DNA of 64,000 nucleotides, from the NCBI RefSeq assembly GCF_004010195.1, contig NC_057742.1, forward strand, positions 11,761,341 through 11,825,340, in the 5' to 3' direction. Position 1 is the first letter of the stretch; each line of letters starts with the position of its first letter. Positions 12,690 to 25,857 of the stretch are shown in pieces. Source of the stretch: Chiloscyllium plagiosum (lineage: Eukaryota). The translations under genes were made by a program, and so were the position numbers. The notes under the pieces were generated by a model, which did no database searches, was not told the DNA's origin, and worked only from the letters and a program-made list of their open reading frames with translations.

Positions 12690-14130
12690 AATTGTTGGCA
12701 AGACTTAACTCCTTTGACCCAATTCCCACCTGAAGGGTTGACCACCCACATTCCCTTCCTGGCTTCCATGTCAGTTGACATTATTAATAGTTTTCTCAGC
12801 TCAAATACTGTCCCCCTCTGCTATAAATCTGCCAATATCATCTCCCTCTTCAAAACTAAAATAAAACTTTGACCCCATCTCCTGCCAAAGTCTTTAACAT
12901 TTTGTCCTGAATATCTGCCAAATCTGTGCTAATGTTTCCCAGAACTCCATGTTTGGATCTTTCCATAGAGGTTTCCATCTCCATATGGTATCAGCATCAC
13001 AAATTAAATTCTATGTGACTGCGACCATGTTAAATTATCCACTCTCATCCTACTTGATCTGATTACAACCTTGGAGATGGTTGACCACAATATTGTCCAC
13101 TGTTTCTGTCAAGCTCCTTGTATGGGCAGAAATTTCCTCGAACTAAATAGTGGGAAGATAGAAGCTATTGTTTTCAGGTCTTGCTACAAACTCTATTCCC
13201 CAGTCCCTGACTCCATCCTTTTCTCTGGCAACTGGCTTATGCTAACTGGGATGTTTGTCACCTTGGTGTCATATTTGATCCTGAGATGAACCATCCAGAT
13301 ATCCATTTCATCATTAAAACCACCCATTTCCTCTTCCAAATCACCACTACTCTGTCCCTGTCTCAGCTCATTTGCTGCAGAAATTTTGTCCATGCCTTTG
13401 TTATCTTCAGAATTAACTGTTCTAATAGAGCCATGGCTATCCTCCCACTTTCTACTCTCTATAAACTTGAGGTCACTCTAAACTGTTCTAACTTAAACCA
13501 AGTCCCATCACTCCTGCACTCACTCATCAACTCATGATTAAGCAACAACTTGATTTTAAAATTTTTATAGGAGAAAGTGAGGACTACAGATGCTGGAGAT
13601 CAGAGCTGAAAATGTGTTGCTGGAAAAGCGCAGCAGGTTAGGCAACATCCAAGGAGCAGGAGAATCGACGTTTCGGGCATGAGCCCTTCTTCAGGACTGA
13701 TTCCTGAAGAAGGGCTCATGCCTGAAACGTCGATTCTCCTGCTCCTTGGATGCTGCCTAACCTGCTGCGCTTTTCCAGCAACACATTTTTAGCTTTAAAA
13801 TTTTTATTCTTGTTTTCAAATCCCTCTTGTGCCTTGCCCCTTACTTTCACTGTGACCTACTCCATCCTCTGCCATCAGTTTTGGCATCTTAAACATTCCG
13901 ATTTTAATCACTTCACCAAGCATTGTATCTTCAGCTGCTGAGGCTGTAAACTCTAGAATTATCTCCTTTAATTCTCTGCCTTTCTCTCCTCCTTTTAGAT
14001 ATATAAAGCCTACCTCTTAGACCAATCACCTCCCTTAACATCTCTTTCGGTTCCAAATCTTGTTTAACGATTCCTGTAAAACAGCTGGAGTTATTTTACT
14101 TTAACTGAATATAAATGCAAGTTGTTGTTG
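12690..14130 (+). mobile_element. Degenerate L2-like LINE fragment interrupted by the element at 13569-13793
   Basis: Eroded RT-like peptides (NFLELNSGKIEAIVF, NFVHAFVIFRINCSN) and a tail ending ATATAAATGCAAGTTGTTGTTG. Confidence 0.55.
13569..13793. mobile_element. Near-perfect palindromic Penelope-derived element with two opposed hammerhead cores
   Basis: Inverted arms of about 90 bp turning at about 13696-13701. 14-bp TSD TTTAAAATTTTTAT at 13555-13568 and 13794-13807. Confidence 0.85.
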
Positions 14131-15341
14131 TTTAATAAATATGCCCTGAACGCTGGAAACTGTAGATTTCTATCTACCACATTCTCTTCATAATTTTAAC
14201 CACTTTCATTAAATCAGCCAGTGAACACTATCTGTTCTAACAAAGAACTCTGAACCTGATGGTGACAGATGATTCTCTGCAGTGGAAGGTTAAGGTTTGG
14301 AAGACCACTATCAGGGTCGTGAATCTATAGTTCATGTTTGAAACCCTTGACTGTGGGATGTTTCACATTGAAGTCTGATGGAAATATTTTTTAAAACATA
14401 TTCATTCATAGGATGTGGTCTTTGCCTGCATTTATTGCCCATCCCCTAAATGCACCAAAATGTTGCTAAATCTATTTGGATGCAGTTCTGGAGGTTTTAT
14501 CAAATGATCTCCATCTGTCAGTGGTCAGCCTGTGTCTTTGTTTTACCAACAAACCCAGCCATCTTGAAATGATGACGGAATAGCAGTACAGTTTGCGGGA
14601 TCGTAAGCCCAGCTTGTCTGCTTGTAGCACTTCTGTCTTCTTCAGCTTTTCTTTCCATCTTTTATCTTTATTGTGGGGAAGACGGAACAGTGTCGGTTGG
14701 CTGCAAAGGTAGTGGTGCTGCGTGGAGTGAAGATTCCTGACTGTGGTAGGCCCAGAGCCTGGACTTGGGAACTTGGTGGGTCATTGCTACAGTGATTCTT
14801 GGCAGGTCGTTGGCTGCTGCAGTGGCAGTCCCCAGAAGAGAACTCCTGGCTGCAGTAGGCCCATAGCATGGACCTGGGGACACGGAGTCTGACTTGGGTT
14901 GGGGTTCTTTGGTAGCAACAGTGCTTGAAGCCTGGATTTGGCTGTGGCAGAGGAAGTGCCCAGAGCAAGGATCCCTAGCTGCAGGTTCTTGCAGAGACCT
15001 TGCAAAAGCCCTGTATTTGTGGCTGTATACCCCTGGTTTAGATGCATCCAATTATGTAATTTCTCTTTTATTCCTTTTGTGGTCTGGAGCTAGGTGCCTG
15101 CGCAGCCTGGGGTAAAAGTACTGTAATTCTGAACTGTTTATTTCTTAAGTTTTCTGTGTGATTCCTATGATTTTGTATTTTTCTAATTTAATCCTAATAA
15201 TCTGTATTGTACCTAAGATGGCGTCGCAAATGGCAACTTGTAAACTTTCCACTGTAGTCATGTTGAATACATTTTGACAATAAAGCTAATTTTAATTCTA
15301 ACCTTGCAGTGCACAGCCTTCCCAATAACAATAACAATGTA

Positions 15342-15516
15342 CAGAGGAACCTCAATTGTCCGGCATTCGATGATCCGAATTTTGGATGATCCGAACAAGA
15401 TCGCAAGGTCCTGATGCTTTGCTAAACTATGTTATCCGGCTTTCGATTGTCCAGCGTTCGATTAACCGAACGAAATACTCCCCTTCCGTGTCCTTCGGAT
15501 AATCGAGGTTCCTCTG
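15342..15516. mobile_element. pogo/Tigger-like MITE
   Basis: TIR CAGAGGAACCTC...GAGGTTCCTCTG, TA at left flank, second copy at 24665-24824. Confidence 0.75.
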
Positions 15517-16624
15517 TGTATGTATCCAACACATTTAAAACATCCCAGAATCCTTCACAAGAATATTGTAAAGTAAAAGATGATGCTGGGCTACATTAGA
15601 GGATTTTAGAACAAGTGACCAAAAGCTTGGCCAAAGATATAAGGGTTCAGTAGTCTCTGAAAAGAGGAAGCCAAGTAGAGAGGTGAGAAATTGTAGGGAG
15701 GGCTTGAGGCCTCAGCAACTGAAAGCCTGGTCACCGATGGTGGAGGGATAGAAACTGAGTGATTCTTAAGAAGCTAGATTTGGAGGAATGCAGAGTGCTG
15801 TGGGGCTGGGGGATATTACAGAGATTGGGAGAGGGTTAGGCCATTGAAGAATTTGAAAACACACAAGATTTTCAAAATCAAAACATTGCTTGACCAGGAG
15901 ACAGTATAGGTAAGCAAGCACTGGGGTGAGAAGGGAATTGGATTTGCTGCAACTTAAGGCATGGGCAACTTAGGGAGGGTGTAATTCAGGAAAGTGGAAT
16001 GTTTTGGATTAGGTGAGACTAGAGATAACAAAGGCATGAATAATGTTTTCAGCAAGAGAAGAATTGAGACAAGGGGAGAAGTCGGGCGATGTTGTGGAGG
16101 TCCAGGCATGAATACAGAAAGTCATCACAGCACAAAAAGGTTGCAGACAGATGGGCTTGATCTCAGACTGTTACTAGGGAGAGGGAAAGAGAAGAACTGG
16201 TAGCTTCTGAGAACGAAGTTTGGAGCGGGGACTAAAAGCAATGACTTTGGTCTTCCATACTTCTGTTCATCCAATACAGGGTGTGAGATAAGCATGAAGT
16301 CTGATCACCTTTGAAATTTGACATTCTTAAATCTGTCCCGATGACAGCAAGATATAAAGCTTTGAAAGTCTGTCCCTTGTTTCACCAATGCTTAGATTCT
16401 CTACTACTCAGTAGCTGAATAAATAAAGTTGGGTTGACACGGCAAGGCAAGTGGAGTATGTAACTGTGATCTTTGATGGTGAGCTAGAGACAGGTATAAC
16501 CAGAAAGCCATATTCGTACTAAGTGACTGCAGATCAAGCAGCTTTGGTTCAGAGTTCCTGAGCTGGAGTCAGAGCTGCAGACATCCTGGAGAATCATAGT
16601 TCAGGTGGGGAGATATACTTGGGC

Positions 16625-16842
16625 ATTACACAGAGGGTGGTTCGTGTGTGGAATAAACCTCCAGAGGAAGTGGTGGATGCAAGTCCAGTTACAATGTTTA
16701 AAAGACATTTGGATAAGTACATGAATAGGAAAGATTTGAAGTGATATGGGCCAGGGTCAGACTAGTTTAGCTTGGGATCATGGTCGGCATGGACTGGTTG
16801 GGCTGAAGGGTCTGTTTCCGTGCTGTATGACTCTATGACTCT
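16625..16842 (+). mobile_element. CR1 3' fragment
   Basis: CAGAGGGTGGTTCGTGTGTGGAATAAACC...TGACTCTATGACTCT tail. Confidence 0.85.
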
Positions 16843-17581
16843 GTTCAGAAACAAAGAAGAAGTTGAAAGAGGTGTTGATGAGCTAGGGTTTAGTGATGAG
16901 TGTAGTACCGCGGTAGTGTCCCTGCCTCGAGGCTATAAGTCCCAGGTTCGAGTACCATCTCTACTGGAAATGTATGAACAAATTATGTCAAAATACTTAC
17001 ATATGAAAATGAAGCCATCAGATAATGTTGTCAAGAGGTGGTTTGTGGATGAGGAGTTAGGAGGGGGAGCAAAGATTGATCCAAATGGATAATTCCCACC
17101 TTCAATAAAAGCCTTGTTTTGAATCCAGTACAAGAGAATGTGCTCATCAAAAATGAAAAAATAAATTTTTCATGCCCAATGATTTTTTCATCCAGATGAG
17201 CAGTGCCGTGGAATTTAATCTTCAATTGCTATAGGCTCAGGGCAGTCCTAAAGGGTGGACAAGTCTAGACTCTGTTTAACCCAATGTTGGATCCACGTTC
17301 TCAAGTGTAGCACACAAAAAGCAAAATAATGTGGGCACTGGAAATCTTCAAACAGAAATGGAAAATGTTGAAAATACCCACCAGGTCAGACAGCATCTGT
17401 CCAGAGAAGAAAAACAATGTTTGAAAACAATGCACTTTTCCTCAGAACCAGTTCTGATTCCCTCTCTGCAGGTGCTGCCTGAGTGCATTCACAGGATTTA
17501 TAGTTTTGCAGCAGGCCCTTGGGCTGAACTTAAGCCCAAGCTTCCTAGATTTCCCAAACTAAACTAGTTCCTTTGGCCCAT

Positions 17582-18264
17582 ATAGAGTCATAGAGATGTA
17601 CAGCATGGAAACAGACCCTTCCATCCAACCCATCCATGCCGACCAGGTATCTCAACCCAATCTAGTCCCACCTGCCAGCAACCGGCCCATATCCCTCCAA
17701 ACCCTTCCTATTCATATACCCAGCCAGATGCCTTTTAAATGTTGCAATTGTACAAGCCTCCACCACTTCCCCTGGTAGCTCATTCGATGCACATACCACC
17801 CTCTGCGTGAAAATGTTGCCCCTTAGGTCTCTTTTGTATCTTTCCCCTCTCACCCTAAACCTATGCCCTCTAGTTCTGGACTCCCCGACCCCAGGGAAAA
17901 GACTTTGTCTATTTATCCTATTCATGCCCCTCATGATTTTATAAACCTCTAGAAGGTCACCGCTCAGCTTCCGATGCTCCAAGGAAAACAGTCCCAGCCT
18001 ATTCAATCTCTCCCCATAGCTTAAATCCTCCAACCCTGGCAACATCCTTATAAATCTTTTCTGAATCCTTTCAAGTTTCACAACATCTTTCCGATACGAA
18101 GGAGACTAGAATTGTATGTAATATTCCAACAGTGGCCTAATCAATGTCCTGTAGAGGTGCAACATCACCTCCCACCTCCTGTACTCAATACTCTGACCAA
18201 CAAAGGAAAGCATACCAAGCGCCTTCTTCAATATCCTAACTACTTCTGACTCAACTTTCAAGGA
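17582..18264 (-). mobile_element. CR1 (HER1-like) LINE 3' portion
   Basis: ORFs LYRTLIRPLLEYYIQF and KLERIQKRFIRMLPGLEDLSY...TRGH...FTQRVV, followed by the tail. Confidence 0.92.
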
Positions 18265-18479
18265 GAGTCCCTCTAAACCTATCCTCTCCATGTACCTGTC
18301 CAAATATTTCCATTGTAGAAACCTCTTTGCTGAGATCATTCCTAGACCTGTTTAATTATTATCTTATAATTGGGCTGTGAATACACCTATTCCATATCCA
18401 CATCCACAAAGACATAGGATAAAACGCTGTCTGAAAATTTGACCAATTTAGGGCTAAGTCCTTGAAGCAATAATCTGTT

Positions 18480-19800
18480 AATACAACGTTGCACTTAATT
18501 TTTTTTTGGTGTGAATGTTTGGAGGGGAAAGTGTAAATATTTTGCAGCTCGTATCATGAGGAAAGGCTGCTTGTTTTCCGAGAATGCAAGATTAAAGTTG
18601 ACGGGATTGCTCCGCAGGCGGTTCCCTGTATACATTGCAAAACGAGGCAGTGTTGATTTCCGCGATAACCAAAAAGGAGTCGTGTGTGTGTCCCCGTGAC
18701 TGTAGACTGGCACTGCAGCCGCCGGGGGTCTACATGTGTCTGGGCTTGCATAAAGGCGAAAAGGACATGAGGAAACGCTGGTTGAACAAGCCAGTTGTTT
18801 GAAAAAAAAACATAGTTCCAGAAAAGTTATCGTCGAGATCGCAATGCGATGTCTCTTAGAAAAAAAAAGTATGTCAATTGTAAAGTACATTGTGGAAGCA
18901 TCTGGGTTTTACACAGATACTTTTACCAATTGGATTGCACATGCAGAATGTAAATCCATCAATGTGTTGGCATGGGGGGGGGGGGAGGTGGAGAATAATC
19001 ACGTTGCAATGCAGAACACAAGCGTGTGGGCTTGTTAGAAAGAGGCTGATTTAAATGTAGGTCATGCTGCCGGATCCCTGCTCCTGCTAACCTACTGTTG
19101 GCGTGACTTGCATAAAAAAGTCTCGTCAACATAGCAGCAACTGGGGCTGATGATAAAAGGCAGTCCAGCCGCTAAACGCTAGGTTTCACTTCCACGGCGA
19201 GAGAAAGAAAAAAAAAACCGCACTCTATAAAGAAATATTTTGCAGCATTCTTAGGCGAGTTGCCCAGTTTTGGGGAGGGGAATAAAAAAGTCTGAGGGAA
19301 TGCACGAAGGTCAGCATTCTATATTTCAATCGCTTTCTGTGGCTCCCTTTTTTTCGCCTGTGCACACATGTGGCGTCGGTCATTTTTTTTCGTGGGTTTC
19401 CTTGAAGAATTTCAACACTGCCCTCAATAATAGCGCCACTCAATGACTTGACATTAGCAAACAAGGGCCTTTTAAGGAAACTTTGTGTGTGAGCGGTGAG
19501 TGCTGACCACCCGCCCCCTTCTCCTGTTAAGACATTTTCAGAGGCACAGCCTGAGATCGCTGCTTCACACGTGGCCCCTGCATGTGAGGTGACAGCGCCT
19601 TATGCGCCTGTTTTCCCAACAAGTAATTACAACAGCCTGCTGCAAGACGTAGGCGCTCCCAGAATAAAGAAGGCAGTGGGCGTCTGGGCACTGAATCACA
19701 GCTGAAATCAAATCGAACAGTTACGTCCTGCTCTTTACGCCCCACTTTCTGAAACCCCTTCATTAAATCAGGTCCCGAAATCTTGCAGTTTTGTGATTTC
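18480..19800. promoter_or_regulatory. Candidate circadian enhancer (E-box, E'-box, D-box, RORE cluster)
   Basis: CACGTG 19568-19573; CACGTT 19000-19005; TTATGCAA on minus at 18746-18753 and 19108-19115; AATGTAGGTCA 19054-19064. CpG-retaining, TE-free block. Confidence 0.6.
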
Positions 19801-21019
19801 TTTTTTTTTGTGGGGGGGGGGGGGGAGAAAGAGGTTGTGTATTTGGTAGGATTGTTAAAACCAAAAGAAACTTTGGTACCATTGGCGTGATGATCAAAGT
19901 TGCAAATACAGCATTTAAGAGGCACCTAGATAGGCAATATCAATAGGAAGGGTTTAGAAGGATAGGGGCCAAATGCTGGCAAATGGGACTAGATTTATTT
20001 AGGATATGTGGACGAGTTGGGTCAGTTTCTGTGCAGAATGACTGTCATGTTTCTATAAACAGAATTATTGATTCGTCCCCGTGGACCTCAGCTGCTTCCC
20101 CTGGATTTGTTCTTTTCATATTTTTCTATGCATTTCTGTGCAGTATCGTTAATTTTACCACATAGAATTTATTTCCAAATGACTTCAGTTAAAATTAAAA
20201 GTGCTGGAAAGCATAGTGAGCTCCTCTGTTTTTAAGTAACCTAGATTTAAAAGATAGGTTAGTGTGTTGCTAGATGATTAAAAAAATCAAGCCTCCCATT
20301 GAAGTATTCTCATAGATCTTCCACCCCATCCTATAATAACTTTGCGTCATCAAGTAATAGGGCCAGCAGTTGACTGTGTTCTTCCCAACAGGCCCCCTTG
20401 GTTAGTTAGTAGTCCGCTGTACAATCTACAAAGGTTCGGAGTCAAAATCCAACTCTGAACAGACTTTAAGGGCTATAAAATTTGACTTAAGCTAGAGGCT
20501 AGGGTCTGACCCTTTCTGAAACTCACTGAATTGATTTCCTGTACCAGACAGCTGTCCACAAAGAGACGTCAAGTTGAATAGTGCTTCACTCTCATGGATG
20601 ACCTCATTGATACATATTAAATATTCATAAGATTCAACAGGGTAATTCTGAGAGGATGTTTCTGCTGACCAGAGTTTTTAGGGACAAGGGGTTGGCCATT
20701 TAATACTGAGATGAGGAGTTTCTTCAGTGGGATAGTACAACCTTGGAATTCTCAGGCCCAGAAGAGAATAGATGCTCAGTCATGGAGTTCAGCCAAGACA
20801 GAAGTTGATTACATTTTTTGGATCCTAGAGGATTTTGGGAATAGGGCCAGAATATGCAATTGAGATATAATAGCAGGTAAGACCTTATTAAATGGCACAG
20901 GAGGTTCTAGAGATTGAGCTAAGTTGGTGTTGTCCACCACCTATCCCCACACCAGCTGGTAACACAAATGGCTACTCTAGTGACTGTGACGCTCACAGAA
21001 GAGCAATAACAATCTACAA

Positions 21020-21630
21020 AGGTTCATTAGATATGATGCGGAGCTGGGCTGAGGAGTGGCAGGTGGAGTTCAACCCTGCCAAGTGTGAGGTTGTCCATTT
21101 TGGAAAGACAAATAAGAATGCGGAATACAGGGTTAACGGTAGGGTTCTTAGTGAGGTGGACCTCATTTTAGGAAAGATGTGGAAGCTTTGGAGAAGGTGC
21201 AGAGATGATTTACCAGGATGTTGCCTGGAATGGAGAATAGGTCGTACGAGGATAGGTTGAGAGTGCTAGGCCTTTTCTCGTTGGAACAGCGAAAGATGAG
21301 GGGTGACTTGATAGAGGTTTATAACATGATCAGAGGAATAGAGTAGACAGTCAGAAACTTTTTCCCCGGGTACAACAGAGTGTTACAAGGGGACATAAAT
21401 TTAAGGTGAAGGGTGGAAGGTATAGGGGAGATGGCAGGGGTGGGTTCTTTACCCAGAGAGTGGTGGGGGCATGGAATGCGCTGCCTGTGGGAGTGGTAGA
21501 GTCAGAATCTTTGGTGACCTTTAAGCGGCAATTGGATAGGTACATGGATGGGTGCTTAAGCTAGGACAAATGTTCGGCACAACATCGTGGGCCGAAGGGC
21601 CTGTTCTGTGCTGTAGTGTTCTATGTTCTA
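21020..21630 (+). mobile_element. Internally deleted CR1 LINE fragment (different subfamily)
   Basis: WAEEWQVEFNPAKCEVVHFG, then a jump to the C-terminal region; GTTCTAT tail repeats. Confidence 0.85.
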
Positions 21631-22205
21631 ACAAATTAATCAGAAGCAGTGCACCTCAATGATGGCCCTCACCTCAATCAGAAAGTTCTGGGATCATGTG
21701 TCACAGCAGGACTCAAAAGAAAGTTATCTAGACTAGTTGCAGTTCAGCAATGATGCATTCCCTCCTGAGATGAGCATGACCACACAGGCAGACAAGATTG
21801 CTCATATATTTTTCAGAGCATTTAGCACGACCAATATTCTTCCCTTGATCAACACCAATAAAACTGGCCTGGTAAACTGACCGCTGGTAGACAACTGTTT
21901 TGTATAAAATGAACAGTTATGACAGAAATACCAGCTCTGAAACAGTTCGGGATGCTCAGAGAACATACAGTACGCTGTATAAAAACAGAAGATCGCCTTC
22001 CTAATTATTACTTTCAGGAAAATAGTGGAAAAGTGCAGGAACTACTGATGATTTCAACTATGTTACCAAGATAACAATAGCTTTTCTTGCAAGCTCACAA
22101 GGATATTTAAATGTATTCTACATACTAAACATAAAACAGTTCTGTGCAAATATGAAACAAGTTTACTCGAGGAAAGTAACAGGATTACAGAAGTTACCTG
22201 CCATG

Positions 22206-22211
22206 TTTATT
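22206..22211 (-). terminator. Candidate MSL1 polyadenylation signal (AATAAA)
   Basis: TTTATT on plus, about 1.26 kb past the MSL1 stop at the end of an AT-rich, TE-free stretch. Confidence 0.45.
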
Positions 22212-23465
22212 TGTGCATCCACCAAAACATAAGTTACAACATTTAAACTGGAGGCTCTTTTAAAATAGATCTTGAACTAAACAGAAATTTTCCTGGAAGG
22301 CTCACCTAAACCCTACCTTTTCAGGAATCGTGTGTTCATAATGTGCAAGGTGATAGTGCTCAGGAGAAAAATAAAAATCTCATTAAGCATCCAGTGATGA
22401 TGCATCAACCACAGGTTGGGTATAGCAGGAATCTCAATAATTCAAAGCATTCCCTCTTTCAATACAATTTCAGTCTTCTCAGGGAAAGCCACTACCATTA
22501 GAAATGTCCATTCCTCTTTTTGAACAATACGGTCTATTGATCCCCACTCTCCCTTTCTTATTGCTGTTGCTTGAGGTTTGTTCATGATTTTACATCTACT
22601 GGATTCTTAAACATTTAAAATTAAATTTCACTTTGAAAATTCCCCTCGTGTTCGGGTAGATTCAAATAGATCCAAGCAGTGAAAAAACCCGGTTTTCTGT
22701 AGTCTATATTATTCCTTTGTCAGCCAAAAGACCCCTCTGTTTTCTCTCTTGCTGGGCTGAAACTCACCATGGGTTCCAAGTGAAAAGGGCAGCACATCAC
22801 CCACTGTGAGAACAAAGACATTTACATCTTCTGCTAAACTCAAGTTTCTAGCCCAAGTCCCAGCAAGGAGCAGTGGTCTGTCACAGTGAATTAGCCGACA
22901 CTGTCTCAGGCTATAAAGGAATGTTGGCAATTTTCAGGTCTGAACAATGGGTTCTGAGAGCTGACAAACAGGATACCATCTCTTTAATGTGTTGTTTTAA
23001 TCAACTTGTTAGGGCAGGTATTATCTGAAAAAGAAACACAAATAACCAATTCTGAGGAAGTAGAGCTGATTGCAACTTTTTTTTTTACATAACACAAACT
23101 TTTTCTTAAAAAAAAGGTGCGAGATTGCTGTACAAGATCTCAAATCTTTCTGTACACGGTCAAATTTGCAGAATGAACTAAAACAGACCAGAACTCTGTC
23201 TGAATTCAACAGACAAATACAGGAAAAATAATTGATTTCACTTCAAGAAGAGAAGCGAAAGTATAAAGGCAAGAGACGAGACTATTCAGTTATTGATACA
23301 GTGACGATCAATTATAAACATCAATATAAACACTGAATGAGATCGATCAGGCATGTGGTCCTTAAGAAAACCCACAGAGTATTCTACCAGTTGGTATCCC
23401 AAGTGCTGGCTTGCAGTACAATTTGCAACTCGGCAGCATAAAAGTCAACATTTTGTCCAAAGCAT

Positions 23466-23556
23466 CTATTTGCGACATGTTCGATGTGGCGTCTGTTTCT
23501 TCTGTATGTCTATCCTGCATCTGCTGCGTTCATCCAACCAGGGTAACTCAAAGTTC
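23466..23556 (-). CDS. MSL1: MSL1 exon 8 (last coding): (Q)NFELPWLDERSRCRIDIQKKQTPHRTCRK*
   Basis: Acceptor ccgcag|G, TAG stop at 23466-23468; matches the vertebrate MSL1 C-terminus. Confidence 0.95.
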
Positions 23557-23829
23557 CTGCGGAGGAGGAGGATGACAGTTAAGTCCCAGGCTGATTTACT
23601 TTGGGATTTTCAAGTGTATTTTTTTTTCTCCTTTCCTTAAAGGAGAGGTACTTATTTTCAAATTGCTCCCAGAACGTGATGCCAACGCCTCTAGAGACAA
23701 TCACAGATCATCAATACCAGCCCCAAAAAAACATTATTAATGCAGGAGGCAGGAGATGCCTGAACCCAGGTGATTTAATACGAGATGAGGGGGAAAATGT
23801 ACGGAAACCGTTAATTTGTATATTTTGAA

Positions 23830-24012
23830 CTGCTGGCGATCACAGCAGGTAAGACAGCATTCATGGAGAGAGAGCAAACTAACATTTCAAGTCTCGATGA
23901 TTCTTCATCAGAGTCATCTATATTCTTTCCAATGGATACTGTATGACCTGCTGAGATCTCCAGCATTTGTTGTTTTCAATACAGATTCCAGCATTTGCAA
24001 TATGCTCCTACA
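23830..24012. mobile_element. Older palindromic Penelope-derived element
   Basis: Inverted arms; degenerate hammerhead CTGATGA-AGAATC..GACTT-GAAATGTTAG on minus; imperfect TSD TGTATAT(T/A)TTGAA. Confidence 0.6.
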
Positions 24013-24664
24013 CTGTATATATTGAAAGCATTTTTCATTAACAGTATTCAACTGATGCCTTTTGAATGTTCAACTACATTGTAAAGTAGTAAGAGAAAAC
24101 AATTGGGATATTTTACATGTTCAAAAGAACTGTTTCTCTGCACAAGACAGATGTAGATAAATGAGGCCAGTTAGACAGTCAACCTGATACATCAAGAAAG
24201 ATCGCATCCAACTTTTTAAAAGTGATTTGAGACTATTTTTCTACATCCACCGTTCTACTTACCACTCCATTCTGTACATTGATCAAAATGAATGAAGAAT
24301 TTCCTGGATACATCAGTTTTAACTTTACTTTTTTGATTAGTTTGATCTGTTTTGCCAGAGTTTAATTTGTACTATTAATTTGTACTTAGTTTTTGTACTA
24401 TTTGCAATCTTACATATCTGCAATATTGATTTATTATCTGAATAGCAAACTTTTTTTTAAACAGTACTTTCTGTTAATTATGATTCTCCTAAAATGACAG
24501 GATTTAATTTCCTGACTCTCCTCTTAAAGAACAAAATAGATTTGGGCTTTCCCAATCCAAGTACAAGCCATTGCAGTCTCATAGCACAGTTTCCCATTAA
24601 ATGCCATTGTCATTCATAGAAGCCCACAGAGTGGCTAGTGCAAGGACTAGAAACATTTACAATA

Positions 24665-24824
24665 CAGAGGAACCTTGGTTATCCGACATTCGATTATCCA
24701 AATTTCGGATTATCCGAACAAGATCGCAAGGGCCTGATGCTTGGCTAAACGATGTTATCCGGCATTCAATTAACTGAGTGAAATACTCTCTGCCTGTGTC
24801 CTTTGGATAATTGAGGTTCCCTTG
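24665..24824. mobile_element. pogo/Tigger-like MITE (second copy)
   Basis: TA-CAGAGGAACC...GGTTCCCTTG-TA; internal sequence shared with 15342-15516. Confidence 0.75.
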
Positions 24825-24998
24825 TACAGCACAGTAGGGGGTGTTGTTGTTGAGAATAATGTCATGGGGTAGAGAGTGGTGTGTTTTATTCTTAATCTTG
24901 ATCATAAAAATGCATATTCAATATTTCAAATGTACAAATAACTCCACCATCATGCTGGCTACTAAACAACATTTCCAGCATGTCAATGAGAAACTTAC

Positions 24999-25071
24999 TG
25001 TTGTGATAACTTAGGTAGAGGTCTCCCAAAAGCCACGACGGGAAGAAATGGGGTGATTACAAGAGATTCCA
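24999..25071 (-). CDS. MSL1: MSL1 exon 7 (PEHE domain): (V)ESLVITPFLPVVAFGRPLPKLSQ
   Basis: catag|TG acceptor, CA|gtaagt donor, conserved PVVAFGRPLP motif, 73 nt. Confidence 0.95.
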
Positions 25072-25279
25072 CTATGAAGTAAGGAGAAAAAAAAATTATT
25101 ATTATTGTGAGAAATTTGGATCCCTCATATAAACTTCAGGTTTTTTGGGGGGTAGGGACCCTTAAGGTTTTGATCCCCAGAACTGGAAGCCAGTGATCCA
25201 TTTGTAATGTTTTCTCTGTAATGCATCCAAAAATTGATATTATCTATTGCTGCTTGGGATTCGTCGTATTTAAGCCTAC

Positions 25280-25404
25280 CATCGTCGGGTTCAGGAAAAA
25301 AGGACAGGATTTCTGGCTCCGATTCCTGAATTCCTTTCTTTTTATACATGCGCAGTTGCAAACGTTGTAGCAGCCTTTGTTCCCTGATCCGCTGAATGTC
25401 CCAC
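25280..25404 (-). CDS. MSL1: MSL1 exon 6 (PEHE): (R)WDIQRIREQRLLQRLQLRMYKKKGIQESEPEILSFFPEPDD
   Basis: ttcag|G acceptor, G|gtaggc donor, 125 nt. Confidence 0.95.
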
Positions 25405-25604
25405 CTGAAGAAAACAAAATACAGAGGTTACAGATATCATCAGAAGACCACACAATTTTAACGAAAGTAGCTCCACAATGTCCTGCTGACCCGACACTGA
25501 AATTTTCCCCACTTACACCGTCGGATAAATTCCACATCACCAGTGCCAGGAAACAACTATAGGCCTTGACAGATACACAATCAGAAAAATTAATAGTAGC
25601 TGAC

Positions 25605-25857
25605 TCTATAACTCAGATGTACAGCACGGAAACAGACCTTTCGGTCCAACTTGTCCATGCCGACCAGATATCCCAACCCAATCCAGTCCCACCTGCCAGC
25701 ACCCGGCCCCATATCCCTCACCTACCTATCCAAAATGTCTTTTAAATGTTGCAATTGTACTAGTCTCCACCACTTCCTCTGGCAGCTCATTCTACACACA
25801 TACCACCCTCTGTGTGAAAAGGTTGCCCCTTAGGTCTCTTTTATATCTTTCCCCTCT
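25605..25857 (-). mobile_element. CR1 (HER1-like) 3' fragment
   Basis: Reverse complement of the shared CR1 3' end. Confidence 0.85.
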
